From: a virus
IMG/VR virus record: IMGVR_UViG_3300020439_001360
Coordinates: 4,034-68,033 of that record
Length of the DNA stretch: 64,000 nt
Strand: one strand, 5' to 3'
Shown here: positions 10,401-21,400 of the stretch, piece after piece
How positions within the stretch are numbered: the stretch's first letter is position 1
Layout: every line of letters begins with the position of its first letter
Position numbers and translations under genes: made by a program
The notes under the pieces: generated by a model
Told to the model about the DNA's origin: nothing
What the model saw: the letters and a program-made list of their open reading frames with translations, nothing else
Databases searched by the model: none

Positions 10401-13400
10401 AAGAAGACTACATTTGCTCCAGTCATTGTAACTAGAGACAAGACTTTGGGAGTATTTACTTCTGATAGAGGAAAGATTAGTTCTGGCAACCAGAAGCTTC
10501 ATGACTCTGATTTCTACCAAGATTACTCTTATGTAATTAGATCTAGAACTCCAATCAAGCAGTGGCGTAATATCATTAAAGATACCACACACCCTGCAGG
10601 ATTTAAGGCATTTGGTGAGGTATACCTGGAGACACAGGCACCTGCAATCATGCCTACTAGTCAACCTGTCAAAAAGACTACGGTGATCATCACAGGTCCG
10701 CCTGTAAATCTTTCTACAGTTTCGACTAGGAGAAGTATTACTACTAGTGTATTCAAGGTAGAAGACTCTAGAGTCTCTAGAGGTGCTGGTTCTGTATCTG
10801 TCGATGATTTTGACGAAACCCTCTTCAAGACTAGAGAATTAGAACTCACTCCTGCCTTTGATGGTAGATATGACCCCCAAACAGGTCTAAAGATTGGTAA
10901 TACCCAGTTTACTATTATTGATAAGGCAACAGGCACTGCATACACCCCATACAACGAGCAAGAACTGCTCATGACCATTGATGGTGTAGCACAGAGACCT
11001 GGGTATTCTTTCAAAGTAACTGGCAATCAACTCAATTTCTACGAACCACCTCTTGGTATCAGAATTGTAGAAGATCAGGAAGTTCCAGCACAGCAAGAAT
11101 ATATTAGAGCATTCAAGTTTAGAGAAGATGCAGACAATGCACGCTATCTTAAGCGTCTGAAAAATATTGCAGATTCGTTCGATGGTAGAACTAGAATCTT
11201 TGACCTCAACTGGGAAGATGGTAGTGTCGTAAAGACACAAGTCAACGAAGATCTGTTTGTATATCTCGATGGAGTATTGCAGCAAGGTTCATATGAAATC
11301 AGAAGATTTTCAAGTCCAAACAAAACAGATCGTATCGCTTTTGATAAAGCACCCAAAAACTACAAAGACTTATACGATGCTGATGCTTTTCCACAAGAAC
11401 TACAGAATGAGACATATTTCTATGGATTTGGTGTGGGTCTATATGAAAGACTTGGAATAGACGAAAGAATAGTTCCTTTCAACACATATAATAGTTACTC
11501 CATCTATGATTCAAAAGGTGACGTAATTAATGTAGATGATGATAAGAATCTCTATGTTTATGTTGATGGTGTGTTGCAGAATAGAGAATTCTCTTACAAG
11601 ATTGCTGGATCTTCTATTATATTCAATCAACCACTCACTTATGCAGAACAAGCAGATGGTGGATACACCACTGCTAGAGTTGACATTATCCGTCTATATG
11701 GTAAAGATGCTCAACAGACAGTCACACTGTTTAATCATGAACCTGATGTTTACTACAACAGAGCAACAGTTGAATTAGATCTTGCTGGTGGTTATGGTGC
11801 CCTCACAACTTGGCGCACACAAAATACCACTGACACTACGATTGTGAGACAAGGAGACAAAGTATGGGGAGATCTCATCTCTGTTTCTTTGGGTGCTGGC
11901 AATACATTCAAAATTGAACTACGTTCACAGAACATTCTCTCTGATGAATCCCTACCTATCACCTTCGATAGAAGTGATGGATCTCCACTTACATTGAATC
12001 CAGATAGTTTCACTATTACATATGTAACTAATGAAGATGGTGAGAGGGTCCTCAATAGAGTAGAGGCAAATTATATTCCTTACTTACCCACAGGTGATGC
12101 CTTCGACAGTTTTGACTACAGAGGTGAGATTCTGAAACAACATCCAAACCTTCGTGTTGGTGATAAGATCAAAATCGATGGCGAAACCGATTTCAGAAGA
12201 ATTATCAGTTCTCCACTATTTGCAAGACCAACTGAATATCGTGACGACGAACAAGTATCCAATAACTTCTTTACAAAGATTGCTGCTGGTAACTATGACG
12301 GCGAGAAGTTTGGTGAAGGTCTATCTGTAGTTGCAAACATTGATGCTGGTAAAGTAACTTCCCTCGACTGGAATCGTAGAGATCTCTCATACTATTTCAA
12401 CCATGGTATCCTGATCAATCCTACTGCATACAACTATAATAGCGCACCAATTCTAAACTTCATTCCTGTCAATGGTGAAGGTGGTGGTGCTAAAGCAAGA
12501 GTGATTGTATATGGTGGTCAAATCATTGATATTGAAATTGTAGATCCTGGATCTGGTTACACCAAGGCACCTAGAGTCGTAGTTTCTAGAGGTTATTCAA
12601 TTCTCCGAGAAAATAACCACCCAGAGTTCTTGATGATCAGATATACCACTGGTGGTGGAGGTCAGAATCTAGTTAATACTATCCAAGTAGTATCATCTGT
12701 TGTTCCCCTGTATGACAAAAACCTCATTGAAAGCATTGCTGTTATACAGCAACCAAATCCTCTCCAATTTAATAACGAATACGTCAGAGTTATTCAACCA
12801 GCGTCTCCTGCAATTGGAATGGGTGAAGTATCTGAACAGAAGATCCTCTCTCAAATTCAGTATATTGCTGCTACAGAATCTCCTGCTGCAGTATCGCAAC
12901 CTGCATTTACGAGAATCTTCCCTGACAATATGGATCTTGGTTTTGAGTCATTCAGGGCAGTCAAGACCAGACAATATAGTTCTGGTGTTGTCGCAATAGA
13001 TGAGCAACCAGTTAATAATCCTCATCTCTATTCTCAAGGTAAGTTAGGAACTACAGTATCCTCCTTCATTGATTATCTGTTCCTAGATGTTGGATATGCA
13101 AATGTGTCTGGTATTACTCTGGAGCAACTTGAATTGACTTATACACAATTTGCTGGTATTAGCGAAGGAGTTAATACCTGGATGGATAACTTGGCAATTA
13201 ATGCCTCTTCATTAACTACCGATGGATCACTATTCAACCCAGGTGTTCCATCACTACAAGAGCATGTCAGTTTCTTGGATGCTCCTGCAACTGATGTGTC
13301 AATTGTACTCTATGTTCCAGACACTTCCAGGTTCCCTGACTCTGGAAAACTCTTGTTGGGTAAAGAACTTGTAACATATACTAGCAAGTCAGCTGATCGT

Positions 13401-13496
13401 TTTGCTGGTGTCACAAGGGGTGTCGATGGCACCACTGCAGAAGCACATGCTGCAGGTACATTTATCAGGACTATCGGTCTAGAGACAACTCTCTAA
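4401..13496 (+). CDS. gp7: Giant baseplate wedge initiator (gp7-like) with YHYH-like and cupredoxin-like insertions
   Basis: Lies between gp6 and gp8; IK.I.DFY..KGT..S..F.F near the N-terminus; HDSDFYQDYSYVIRS...HPAGFK.FG; many G.GY...P repeats. Confidence 0.8.
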   Translation: MSNQISSLIENQLPAFIVTDYGELAAVLESYYKQLEATGQPLDIIANIAKYRDIDFYEKNLLKESTTLTSNVSAAATTITVADASSFPKKDGYIKIGDEICFYAERTDTEFLGVARGVHGTTQLGDLHETSVFESSNASSHFTNATVYNLSHLFLYAFVKAFEREYLVDVPEVYLKGDIDKRQLIKNISDFYKVKGTDKSIRFIFNSIVSKSADDVPTTYYPKDFTVKVSESNWDSAFALQVIVLSGNPDWLIGESIIQQADKNSPDSSYASVGVENVVGIGKVGNYGLYNLLINPSTVNGDFEIPQKTVLDRDLTPTQGAGDTITVDSTLGWTAQTGYLQINNEIIRFEGKGARQFIIRERGNITRTHSVGDLVVNYSNVTASTADGNVKLLVYGTLTNLNVENAQPYSQVGDKIQVSKPGFETKNPVIYDQSANGVRWKVNTSGLTPSVPFNPGVGQGLQKFLADVSAVYEDSQYYYFATSSYPSTPILTSQDQPVPMVDPQLLKLIPKETSTTPEVYKTPTRDVGIFVDGSIAFSFRSENNIAYGDIQTYTLTKRGSGYTKPPYVLVNGDSSIALSSLAGDTVNAITTIKNQNYTADPLIEITAGRNGKAEAVITSGEITSIRIIDAGEYYSAPPLVVISDLAGKGRFAEYRAKTNTLGKITEFEKISGGKFYTQENVRVELVSEGQNNPASATARIYRWVRNRFFENELILDDNNGLAVKDAIENEYYYGVAANPKRLRLRLQDNIQNITFQETATLNHSPILGYAYDGNPIYGPYGFSDPLDSSSSVARMNSGYQLKSSRTDGPVDAPYDMGTFVDDYEWVATVDTGKTRLDINNGRFCVTPEFPRGTYAYFITIDATNKPVYPYILGENFYSLPVRSNYESKITQKSIPSDSRRLFIPGTLKNGSGELAFVDSVTTGFVSSVKIEDSQPNFQVGSRIYVDDAGTGGSGASGIVSSTFGKPVIGIESKELKAVQLTTLTSFFGFLGDTITQEGTGAVGELIRDVSEENTIVLRAVSGTFEVGNEINSSTRVINLLLSQNSTYTQGETLALVLFDDPTTEIATGEILAGTVEQNAVRLKVLSGNFDDYLNYAEGEVILKSSDLGNTAGTEIVIIKELSKNVGVTGVDESIAILETTEAHDFGSGDIIDIIVDPDEATTETTYYVTKKKFQEVSLLDLQYSAKVNDSGIGASTVIGLGKDYYTDTYNDVPLVFANAAKNRDDVVQAKATVVVAGDNFDGSGNIASITITDPGSNYRRDDILTLAPNAVPRVDPADLDQSPNLGMEYTNQEQVEANLAKRFFVAEADYDDFIANEYTAAAFGVNDAGNVNFIYQNTDPNNFSIQYFIVDEEGDELTTSDTIGGYAITATDTFYPQGSLLPQYVFKDLDTNEENPDYSLRVGSTLTIPNMAGHTIYVVSNYSTSTASDGYALKVDDYDIATGSSTDQSVPITFTPQFAGTYYYICIAHPEMVGTITVYAAPGSSTPLINVDSAGFGVDRTDLNVTNTFGIAANDLLSIGSEVIKVVTVDNTNKKMTVLRAQEGTSKSDHGDGKDITSFNPTYNFTPGSKLGGNTANDPVVVSYDKTSKTLVVNWDYDATSTVPLTTVSSIQDQSTPPKVVSISSTEPIREKLLFSLDNTNFDTNPVVDIQKYYFYKFDVSHPSMLNSYLDISTSPNFNVFTEEKEVGLTEPGNPGAYVRIRLGYGANIGEKTRKDVNFTSYYYFLTNSSTDTEGSFLRVIDDPLSGRKSVTYTTDTKVVYGLDEVPQYDGSGDINYTGRSVGKISSITLDNLGSNYKKLPIIKGVVPADGYKAEVTAVRNATTNEIEAITISDPGQGYSKPELVVASGEGTGLRTVVDTENGKVTQVRILNGGTFTETPLVDIIETDNKLFFESENIGVPQNVNFVKYGSGFHTDDTIISEYLTPSVFVLRSFDLDAFKPGELIEQRSGQLVTAQGRVAPNGWTKGSNILRLEKITGVFKENEQIIGKSGKNTAVIDSIKKTTFAPVIVTRDKTLGVFTSDRGKISSGNQKLHDSDFYQDYSYVIRSRTPIKQWRNIIKDTTHPAGFKAFGEVYLETQAPAIMPTSQPVKKTTVIITGPPVNLSTVSTRRSITTSVFKVEDSRVSRGAGSVSVDDFDETLFKTRELELTPAFDGRYDPQTGLKIGNTQFTIIDKATGTAYTPYNEQELLMTIDGVAQRPGYSFKVTGNQLNFYEPPLGIRIVEDQEVPAQQEYIRAFKFREDADNARYLKRLKNIADSFDGRTRIFDLNWEDGSVVKTQVNEDLFVYLDGVLQQGSYEIRRFSSPNKTDRIAFDKAPKNYKDLYDADAFPQELQNETYFYGFGVGLYERLGIDERIVPFNTYNSYSIYDSKGDVINVDDDKNLYVYVDGVLQNREFSYKIAGSSIIFNQPLTYAEQADGGYTTARVDIIRLYGKDAQQTVTLFNHEPDVYYNRATVELDLAGGYGALTTWRTQNTTDTTIVRQGDKVWGDLISVSLGAGNTFKIELRSQNILSDESLPITFDRSDGSPLTLNPDSFTITYVTNEDGERVLNRVEANYIPYLPTGDAFDSFDYRGEILKQHPNLRVGDKIKIDGETDFRRIISSPLFARPTEYRDDEQVSNNFFTKIAAGNYDGEKFGEGLSVVANIDAGKVTSLDWNRRDLSYYFNHGILINPTAYNYNSAPILNFIPVNGEGGGAKARVIVYGGQIIDIEIVDPGSGYTKAPRVVVSRGYSILRENNHPEFLMIRYTTGGGGQNLVNTIQVVSSVVPLYDKNLIESIAVIQQPNPLQFNNEYVRVIQPASPAIGMGEVSEQKILSQIQYIAATESPAAVSQPAFTRIFPDNMDLGFESFRAVKTRQYSSGVVAIDEQPVNNPHLYSQGKLGTTVSSFIDYLFLDVGYANVSGITLEQLELTYTQFAGISEGVNTWMDNLAINASSLTTDGSLFNPGVPSLQEHVSFLDAPATDVSIVLYVPDTSRFPDSGKLLLGKELVTYTSKSADRFAGVTRGVDGTTAEAHAAGTFIRTIGLETTL

Positions 13497-13504
13497 AAAC
13501 ACCG

Positions 13505-13518
13505 TATAAATATAAATA
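13505..13518 (+). promoter_or_regulatory. Overlapping tandem T4-type late promoters
   Basis: TATAAATATAAATA upstream of gp8. Confidence 0.8.
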
Positions 13519-13550
13519 ACACAGAAATCCAACCCGTATCTCTTATTTCA

Positions 13551-15416
13551 ATGGCTGCTATTATCTCGGAAAAGTTTAGAATTTTTAATGCGAAGCAGTT
13601 CCTAGAGTCTCTTACTGAAGGCGCTAGCGATACTGGTGCTGACCGAAGTCGTATGTACTTCTTTGTCGGCAGACCCCAAGCATGGGATTCGTTTTTAGAA
13701 GTATATTCGACAGACGGTGGTTCGTTCACCGTAGGCAACGAAGTATATGTTGGTGCCAACTATGCTGGCGCTACATTTAAGGCAACAATCGCAAAGATTC
13801 TTCCTGAAAGTCTTCTACTTAACTTGGTAGGACCACTTCCAACTAGTGCTCCTACTCTGGGATCTCTGTTGAAAGAATACGACGGTTCGGCGGATACGGG
13901 TGTCCAAGCAACCACGGGTGTTTACAGATATTCTACAGAGAACGTTCCTCCTGTACCTCTTGATAACCTAACCGAGAAATTCAGCGTTTACAGTGACATC
14001 ATTGCAGCGAAGAGAATCACTTCTTCCTATGCAAGATCTGTTGTAAGAAGATACAACTGGGACACAGCGAACAATCCAAAGTTCGACATGTGGAAACCCA
14101 ACTATTCTGCTACCCCTGCTGGTGGTGGTCAGGTCGGTGTTGGAACCGCTCTTGGCGGATCTTCTATCTCTGGAGCAAAGTTCTATGTAATGAACCAGGG
14201 TTACGAGGTATTCAAATGCCTCTATAACGGCGAGTCTGTTGCTAATCCATCTGGTGTTAACGTAGTTCACGAACCCAAGACCAATCCTTCTGCTGGTCTC
14301 GGTACATATTCTAACGGCATCTTTACTGCTCCTGATGGATCTTATATCTGGAAGTACATGTACACCATGCCTACTGATGATGTACTAGCATTCCTCTCTT
14401 CTGACTTCATGCCTATTGCGGCAGCAGGAGAAGCAAGCAGAGTTGCAACTGAAACTGCAGCAGTAGCAGGTGCTCTTGATGTTGCTCTCATCAAAGATGG
14501 CGGCACTGGTCTTACTAACGGAACCTTCTATGCTCCTGTACTAGGAGATGGTACTGGCGCTATTGCTAAACTAGTTGTTGCTGCTGGTGTTATCACTAGT
14601 GTCGAGATGGAGACTGCAGGTTCTGGTTATACCTATGCATCCATCCCTGTTGTGACTGGTGTTCCTTCTGGAACTGCAGGTAGCACAGAAGCAATCGGTC
14701 TATTCACTGATACTGCACTTACAGTATCTCAAGCAGTTGCAGCAACATCTGCTCCATCACTAGAAGTGATCATTCCTCCACAAGGTGGTCACGGTTCTGA
14801 CTTTGAGACCGAATTTAATGCAAAGCGCGTTATGGCAAATATTCGTCTCACTTTCGTCGAAAGTGCTGGCGACTTCCCTGTCGATAATGATTTCCGTCGT
14901 ATTGGTATTATCAAAGATCCTTATGATTTCGGTACTACTACTTTCGCTACTGCTGATACCCTTTCTGGACTGAAGGCAGTTAAGATTACTGGAGCAACTG
15001 GAGACTTCACTCCCGATGAGATGATCACCCAGACTGTTGCAGGAGGCACTGCAAAGGGCACTGTAGTCTCTTGGACCCTAGATGCTGGATCTCCTACTCC
15101 AACACCTTCTACCCCTGGTAGCGGCGTTCTGAAGTACATGCAAAGTTCCGAGTATCATATGGATGCTAACTACATTGTGAGAGCATTTGCATCAGATGCT
15201 GCTAACGCAATTGTAGGTGCAGATTCTGCTTCTCAAGGTACTGTGGATGTTGCATTGGCAGATGGTACAGAACTGATTGGTTCCGTATTCACCGATGGTA
15301 TGGCAGATCCCGAGATCGAAGCGAACACGGGCGATCTCATATACATAGAGAACAGAAGACTAATCACTAGAGCAGCCGACCAGATTGAGGACATCAAGTT
15401 AGTCATCGAATTCTGA
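13551..15416 (+). CDS. gp8: Baseplate wedge subunit gp8
   Basis: MAAIIS.KFRI.NA..F, Y.FVGRPQ.W, VFKCLYN, DGSYIWKYMY, NDFRRIGII.DP, GDLIYIENR..ITRA.DQIEDIKLVIEF. Confidence 0.92.
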   Translation: MAAIISEKFRIFNAKQFLESLTEGASDTGADRSRMYFFVGRPQAWDSFLEVYSTDGGSFTVGNEVYVGANYAGATFKATIAKILPESLLLNLVGPLPTSAPTLGSLLKEYDGSADTGVQATTGVYRYSTENVPPVPLDNLTEKFSVYSDIIAAKRITSSYARSVVRRYNWDTANNPKFDMWKPNYSATPAGGGQVGVGTALGGSSISGAKFYVMNQGYEVFKCLYNGESVANPSGVNVVHEPKTNPSAGLGTYSNGIFTAPDGSYIWKYMYTMPTDDVLAFLSSDFMPIAAAGEASRVATETAAVAGALDVALIKDGGTGLTNGTFYAPVLGDGTGAIAKLVVAAGVITSVEMETAGSGYTYASIPVVTGVPSGTAGSTEAIGLFTDTALTVSQAVAATSAPSLEVIIPPQGGHGSDFETEFNAKRVMANIRLTFVESAGDFPVDNDFRRIGIIKDPYDFGTTTFATADTLSGLKAVKITGATGDFTPDEMITQTVAGGTAKGTVVSWTLDAGSPTPTPSTPGSGVLKYMQSSEYHMDANYIVRAFASDAANAIVGADSASQGTVDVALADGTELIGSVFTDGMADPEIEANTGDLIYIENRRLITRAADQIEDIKLVIEF

Positions 15417-15449
15417 TTATAAACAAAAACAAGACGGTAGTTTAATACA

Positions 15450-18400
15450 ATGCCACAGAAGACTAATCTTAAAGCCGCCCCATATTTTGACGACTACGAT
15501 TCAAGGAAAGATTTCTACAAAGTATTATACAGACCTGGTTACCCTGTACAGGGTAGGGAACTTAATACTACACAATCTATTCTACAGAATCAGATCGAAA
15601 GCTATGGCAAATATGCTTTCAAACAGGGCGACCTAGTTGTCCCTGGAGAGGTCGGTCTTAACAAAAAACTGGACTTTGTAAAACTATCGTCTGTTTCTGA
15701 AGTTGCTGTTAATGTTGATGGTGAATTAGTATATCAAAAGTATGACATCGATGGTCTGGTTGGTCAGAAGATCAACGGACTATCTTCTGGTGTTATTGCT
15801 ATTGTTCAAACTGTTGTAAAAGCAACAGAGAACAATTCTGATACATTATATGTAAAATATTTAACGGCAGGTGACAGTGGAGATGAAGAAACATTCCGCC
15901 AAGGAGAAACTCTCGAAGTTGTCGATGGCGTTAACTCACCTTTGCTTGTTGTTGGTACTGACGGCAGTGTTCTTCCTACTAGCGTTGCAGTCTTAAATCC
16001 TGATACAAGTGAGACTACATTTGTAGACAGTGGTGCCATGGGATTTGGTTCTGCTGTACAAGTAGAAGAAGGTGTCTATTTTGTAAATGGTTATTTCGTA
16101 AGAAATGATTCGGGTCTTATTGTTGTTGATGGTTATAGTGACAATCCTTCGGTAAAAGTTGGATTCAAAATTACCGAAACCCTAGTCACCCCAGAGGATG
16201 ACCCTTCTCTGTATGACAATGCATTTGGATCTTCTAACTATGCTGCACCTGGAGCACATAGATTACAGATCACACTATCTCTGGTCAAATATCAGTTTGA
16301 ACAGACTCCTGACAAGAATTTTATTCAACTCCTATCTATCAAGAATGGAGTTATCCAGAAACAAGTAAAGCAAGCAGCATATAATACTCTTGAGAATACT
16401 CTTGCTAGAAGAACATACGACGAATCTGGTGATTACGTAGTAGAGAACTTTGACGTTGATATTAGAGAGTTTTATCAAAGAGATGGAAACTTTGGTCTGT
16501 ATAGTGCTGGTGTCGATGGCACAGTAGGACCAAATGGTATTTCTGCAATGGAAGCTGCAGATAAACTAATTGCAACGGTTGGTGCTGGTAAAGCATACGT
16601 TCGTGGTTTTGAAATTGTCAACAAAGAAACCAAGTATCTGGAAGTTGACAAGGCAAGAGAAACCCTTGCCAGAGATAACGTAACGATCAAGTCTAATGGT
16701 CTTGCATCGTTTACACTAACAAATGTATACAATACGCTGCCACTAAACGCAGAAGGAGCAGATCTTACTGCATATCCAACTATTTTCCTCAACGCTGCAT
16801 ATAATGACGGAACTGTTGGATTTAATAATCTAGAAGAAGTCACTGATTACAGACAGACTCTTTCTAGAAGAGGACAAGGATTTGACAAAGATGATGCCAT
16901 TAAGACCATCTGGGTACAAGCATCTGCTGATCTAGGTCTTATTGACGATACTAGTATTTCTGATTCCCCTGGTTCTGGAAAACTAGATATCAGAACTCTT
17001 TACTTTGTTCAGACTAGAACAGACACTGGTGGTGTAGCAACAACAAACACTGTCAAGGTACTGTCATTTGCAAAAGTTACTAGACCTGAAATTGGTGATG
17101 TAAATGCACAATTCCTTCAGTTGACTGTTGCTGGTAGAAAAGATCTACTAGACGATTTCTTCCTTGAGTATGATGACAACGTAGCGACAAAAAGAAGATT
17201 CTTATACACTAGTCTCGCTAACGTCCAACAAGAAGTTAACAACCTAGGATACATTGTAGATTATTCAGACAGCATTGTTCCTGTTATTGGTGTAGCAAAA
17301 CCAAAAGACTTTACTCTTGTTAAGAGACCAGAGGGATTCAATCAGGATACAGATATCATTATCTCTCGTGGAAAACTTGCTGATGGCAGAGAAACATATA
17401 ACGGCAACTTTAATCTCTCTTACTTCAACCCAGTATTTTTCACCAGACTTTTTGTAGATTCTCCTGTCACTCCAGACTTCGCACCTGGTAAGTACATTTA
17501 TGGCACCACAAGCGGTGCATATGGCATTGTAGAAGGTTCTTCTAATGGTTATATGTCATTGGGCAGAAGTTTGTTTGTAAAGACCTTGTACGGCAATTTC
17601 GTGCCTGGTGAGACTATCAATAGTGAAGAAGGTTCGGTTCTGCGTATTCCAAAGAACAACACCATCTCCCACTTCGTTGTACAACGTCAAGGAACTGGTT
17701 ACGTTGCAGGATCGAAAATTAATGTTAACGGCACTCTATTTGAAAGTGCTGATATTGAAGTTGGTATTGATGGTGGTACTGTTTACAAGGTTGTAATTAA
17801 TAACAGAGATGCAATCCAAACCGAATTTGCTGCACCTCCTATTTGTGAGGTAACTGGAGCGAATACAATCGCTGTAGGTATTGCGCCTGTACTCTATAGA
17901 GATACAGTTCTGACATACACAGCACAAAATGTCAAGTCTCTGTATTCTGAATTTGGATCAAATAATAAATTTTCTGCTGATATCGAAACTACCGAAGGCA
18001 GTCTCTCCGATACGAGAAATGTAACCGAATCCACTTTCTCTGGTACGAAGGGATATAAGTTTATTGAGTGTAATGCGTTTGGATCTGATGCATCTTTAGT
18101 TCTTGTTCAGGGTGACATTATTCAGTTCAATGATGATACTGGAAGAGTAAACAAGTACACTGTCGAACTAGTAACTACACCAAGAGGAACAGATAAGTCT
18201 AGGATCTACTTGAATGGTGCTCTGCCTGATACAGTAACGGCAAAGACTGTCATTAGACAACGCGGCAAAGTCAACAATGGTTCTACATCTACCTTGATCT
18301 TCCCAACAGGAAGTAAAGAGGTAGGTAGTCTCGTCAAGTCAACCGAAGATACCAAATTAGTTTATTACATCAGAAGAGACTTTGTAACCACTGGTAGTGA

Positions 18401-21400
18401 TAACGGCGGTAACATTACTTTTGCTGCACAACTAGATTTTGGTACACAGAGGTTTACTCAATTCACAGAAAGAGACTTCCTCATCACTGTCTTGGACAAA
18501 GGTGGTTCTGACCTAGTAGAAACTGGAGATGTTGTTTATGTTTCTCCAGAGTTCGTTAAAATTCTGAATACTACAGATGCTACATCTGGATTGTCTTCTG
18601 GTAGTATCACACTTACCTTCCCTGGTAACTATTTTGGTAATAATGTAACCAACTTCCCCAAACTGAAGTTGACTGCAACCATCGAAGTTTCCAAAGGCAG
18701 ACCAAAACTTAAGACAGCAATCAAGAATAAGAGAATTATCATCCAGTCTCCTGGTGACCAGATTCTACCTCTTCGCGGTCTAGATTACGATAGCGACAGC
18801 ACTGAAGTATTCTCCTATTCAGATGCATTCCGTATCAGGTACATCTATGAAGGATCATCTTCTGCTCCCCCAACTGTTGATGTCAATGGCAATCTGGTTG
18901 TTGGCACAGATCTTACTAACAGATTTACTTTTGATGATGGACAAAGGGATACATTCTATGACGTATCCAGAATCGTTCTGAAACCTGGATTCAGTCCACC
19001 AACAGGTCAACTAGTTGTTGCTTTCGATTACTTTGAGCATTCTCAAGGAGACTTCTGCACTGTTGACTCTTACATCCACGAAGCAGGTGTAGTCCTAGAT
19101 GAGATTCCTGATTTCAACTCTAACGTTCATGGTAATGTAAGTCTGAAGAACGTTATTGACTTTAGACCAAAAGTAGACTCCACAGCAATTATTCCTGGAT
19201 ATCAGGATACATCTCTACTGTCACAAGCAGAGTATATCAACTTCATTGGACCTGGTGGTTCTGTTTCTAGTACACCATCTTCTGCAAGAAATCTTCCTTA
19301 TACTATCTCATTCAGTGAGTCACAGTATCTTGACAGAATTGATGGCGTCTTCCTCACCAAGAAGGGAGAATTTGTTGTCAAGAAAGGTAATGCATCTCTG
19401 AACCCAAGCAAACCAGAGATCATTGAGGATGGTATTCCTCTCTATTATATGTTCATCCCTGCGTTCACGAAGTCCAGCAAGGATGTAAGAATTACTCCTG
19501 TTGACAACCGTCGTTACACGATGCGTGACATCGGTAAACTGGAAAAGCGTATTGAGCGCCTTGAGTATTACACCACGTTGAGCATTCTTGAGCAGCAAGC
19601 ACTCAACATGCAGGTTAAAGATTCTCTTGGTATCGACAAAACAAAGAGTGGTTTCTTGGTTGACAACTATGAAACTCACAATGTCGGTAACGTCAAGTCT
19701 ATCGATCATCTCTGTTCTATCGACGCACAGCAGTCTGTATTGAGACCTCAATCTAAAGAAGACAGTTTTGCACTGAAGGAAGTCAACAGAAGAAATGATC
19801 AAAGAGTTATTTCTGGATATACAAATTCCAATGGCATAATTACACTGCCATACACCAACGTTACATATGCACAAAATCAATTTGCAACCAAGACAGTAAA
19901 TCCAAATCCATTTGTTGTTCTACAGTATGTTGGTGATGCTGCACTGATGCCAAACATTGATCAGTGGTATAACAGCTCGGTAGCGCCATTGGTAACCGAA
20001 AATAACACTAATCTGTTCTCGGTTTTCTTGGCAAAACAAGATGCACGAGTAGCATTCTCTAGTATCTACAATTCTTTTGTAATCAACTGGGTTGGTGTAA
20101 ACAAAACTTTCTACAACCTGAAGAGTTTTGCAGAAAACAATGGAAGATCTGCAGAATCTACTGTAAGCAGCGCATCTACTGGATCCTCTTCTAACGTCAG
20201 TCCACAAAACAATGAGATTGCGAAGGGAGTAGGATATAAGACTGTTAATGGAACTAATGTATCTAATGCACTGAAGTTCTATGCTAGATCTATTCCTGTT
20301 AAGTATGTCGTAAGACGTATGAAACCAAAGACGAAACTACATGTCTTCATGGAAGGTAGAGACATCGCTAGATGGATCAACCCAGACTCTAGATTTACTG
20401 GTGTTGCTGGAAACTCTTCTACCACATTTGGTAATGGCGTTACAACAGATGAGTACGGTAATGCTAGTGGTATCATTCTAGTACCATCGGGATATGCACC
20501 TAGAGAGAATTCTTTCTGGACTGGCAATATCGATACCATGCAATATGATGATACCTCCGAAGAAGTATACTTCTCCACAGGTGTCAAGACAATTAGATTC
20601 ACCTCTAGTTCTACTGACGCTCCTATTACTGATGTAAATGGAGTCAGTTCTTTTGCTGAAGTCAAGTTCTATGCTACTGGTATTCTTCCAGAGAATCCTG
20701 CATCTATCATTTCTACTGCACCAGCATTCTTCAAAGCAAACGAAGGTGTACAGGAGATCGATAGCAATACCGAGAACAAAGAAAGACCAAATCCAATGGC
20801 ACAGACTTTCAAAGTCGAAAGCTTTGAAGGTGGTATGTTTGCAACAGGCGTCGATCTGTTCTTCTCCGAAAAGAGTGCTACTGTTCCATTGAGAGTTTAT
20901 CTCTCTAACGTAGAAGCAGACAAACCTGGTAAGTATATCCTTCCTGGATCTGTCAAGACTCTCTATCCAGATACTTTCCTTAAGGTATATTCTTCTGGAA
21001 ACATCACTATCCAACAAGGCGAAGACATCACTGGTAACAGAAGTCTTGCCAAAGGACCCATCGCTAAAGTTCTAGATAGAAATAATTTTGAAGTTACTCC
21101 TTCCAGCAATGGAGAAATCTCTCTAACGAATGAACAGACTTATACGTTCGTCTTAAGTAATCACAATGGAAGAGACTTCTTGCAGAATGAAGATCTAACC
21201 ATCGGCACAGTTACTGCATACAACAATGCTAACAATGCCACAGTGGGTCTGAAAATTGCTAAAGACTCTGGTCGCGTGTCGAAACTGAATATTACTAATT
21301 TGGGTTCTGGATATGAAAGTGCAACCATCACTATTGAAAGTCCACAACTACCTGGTGGAAGCAATGCTACTGGATCTGTCAAAGTGTCTGGTGGTCAACT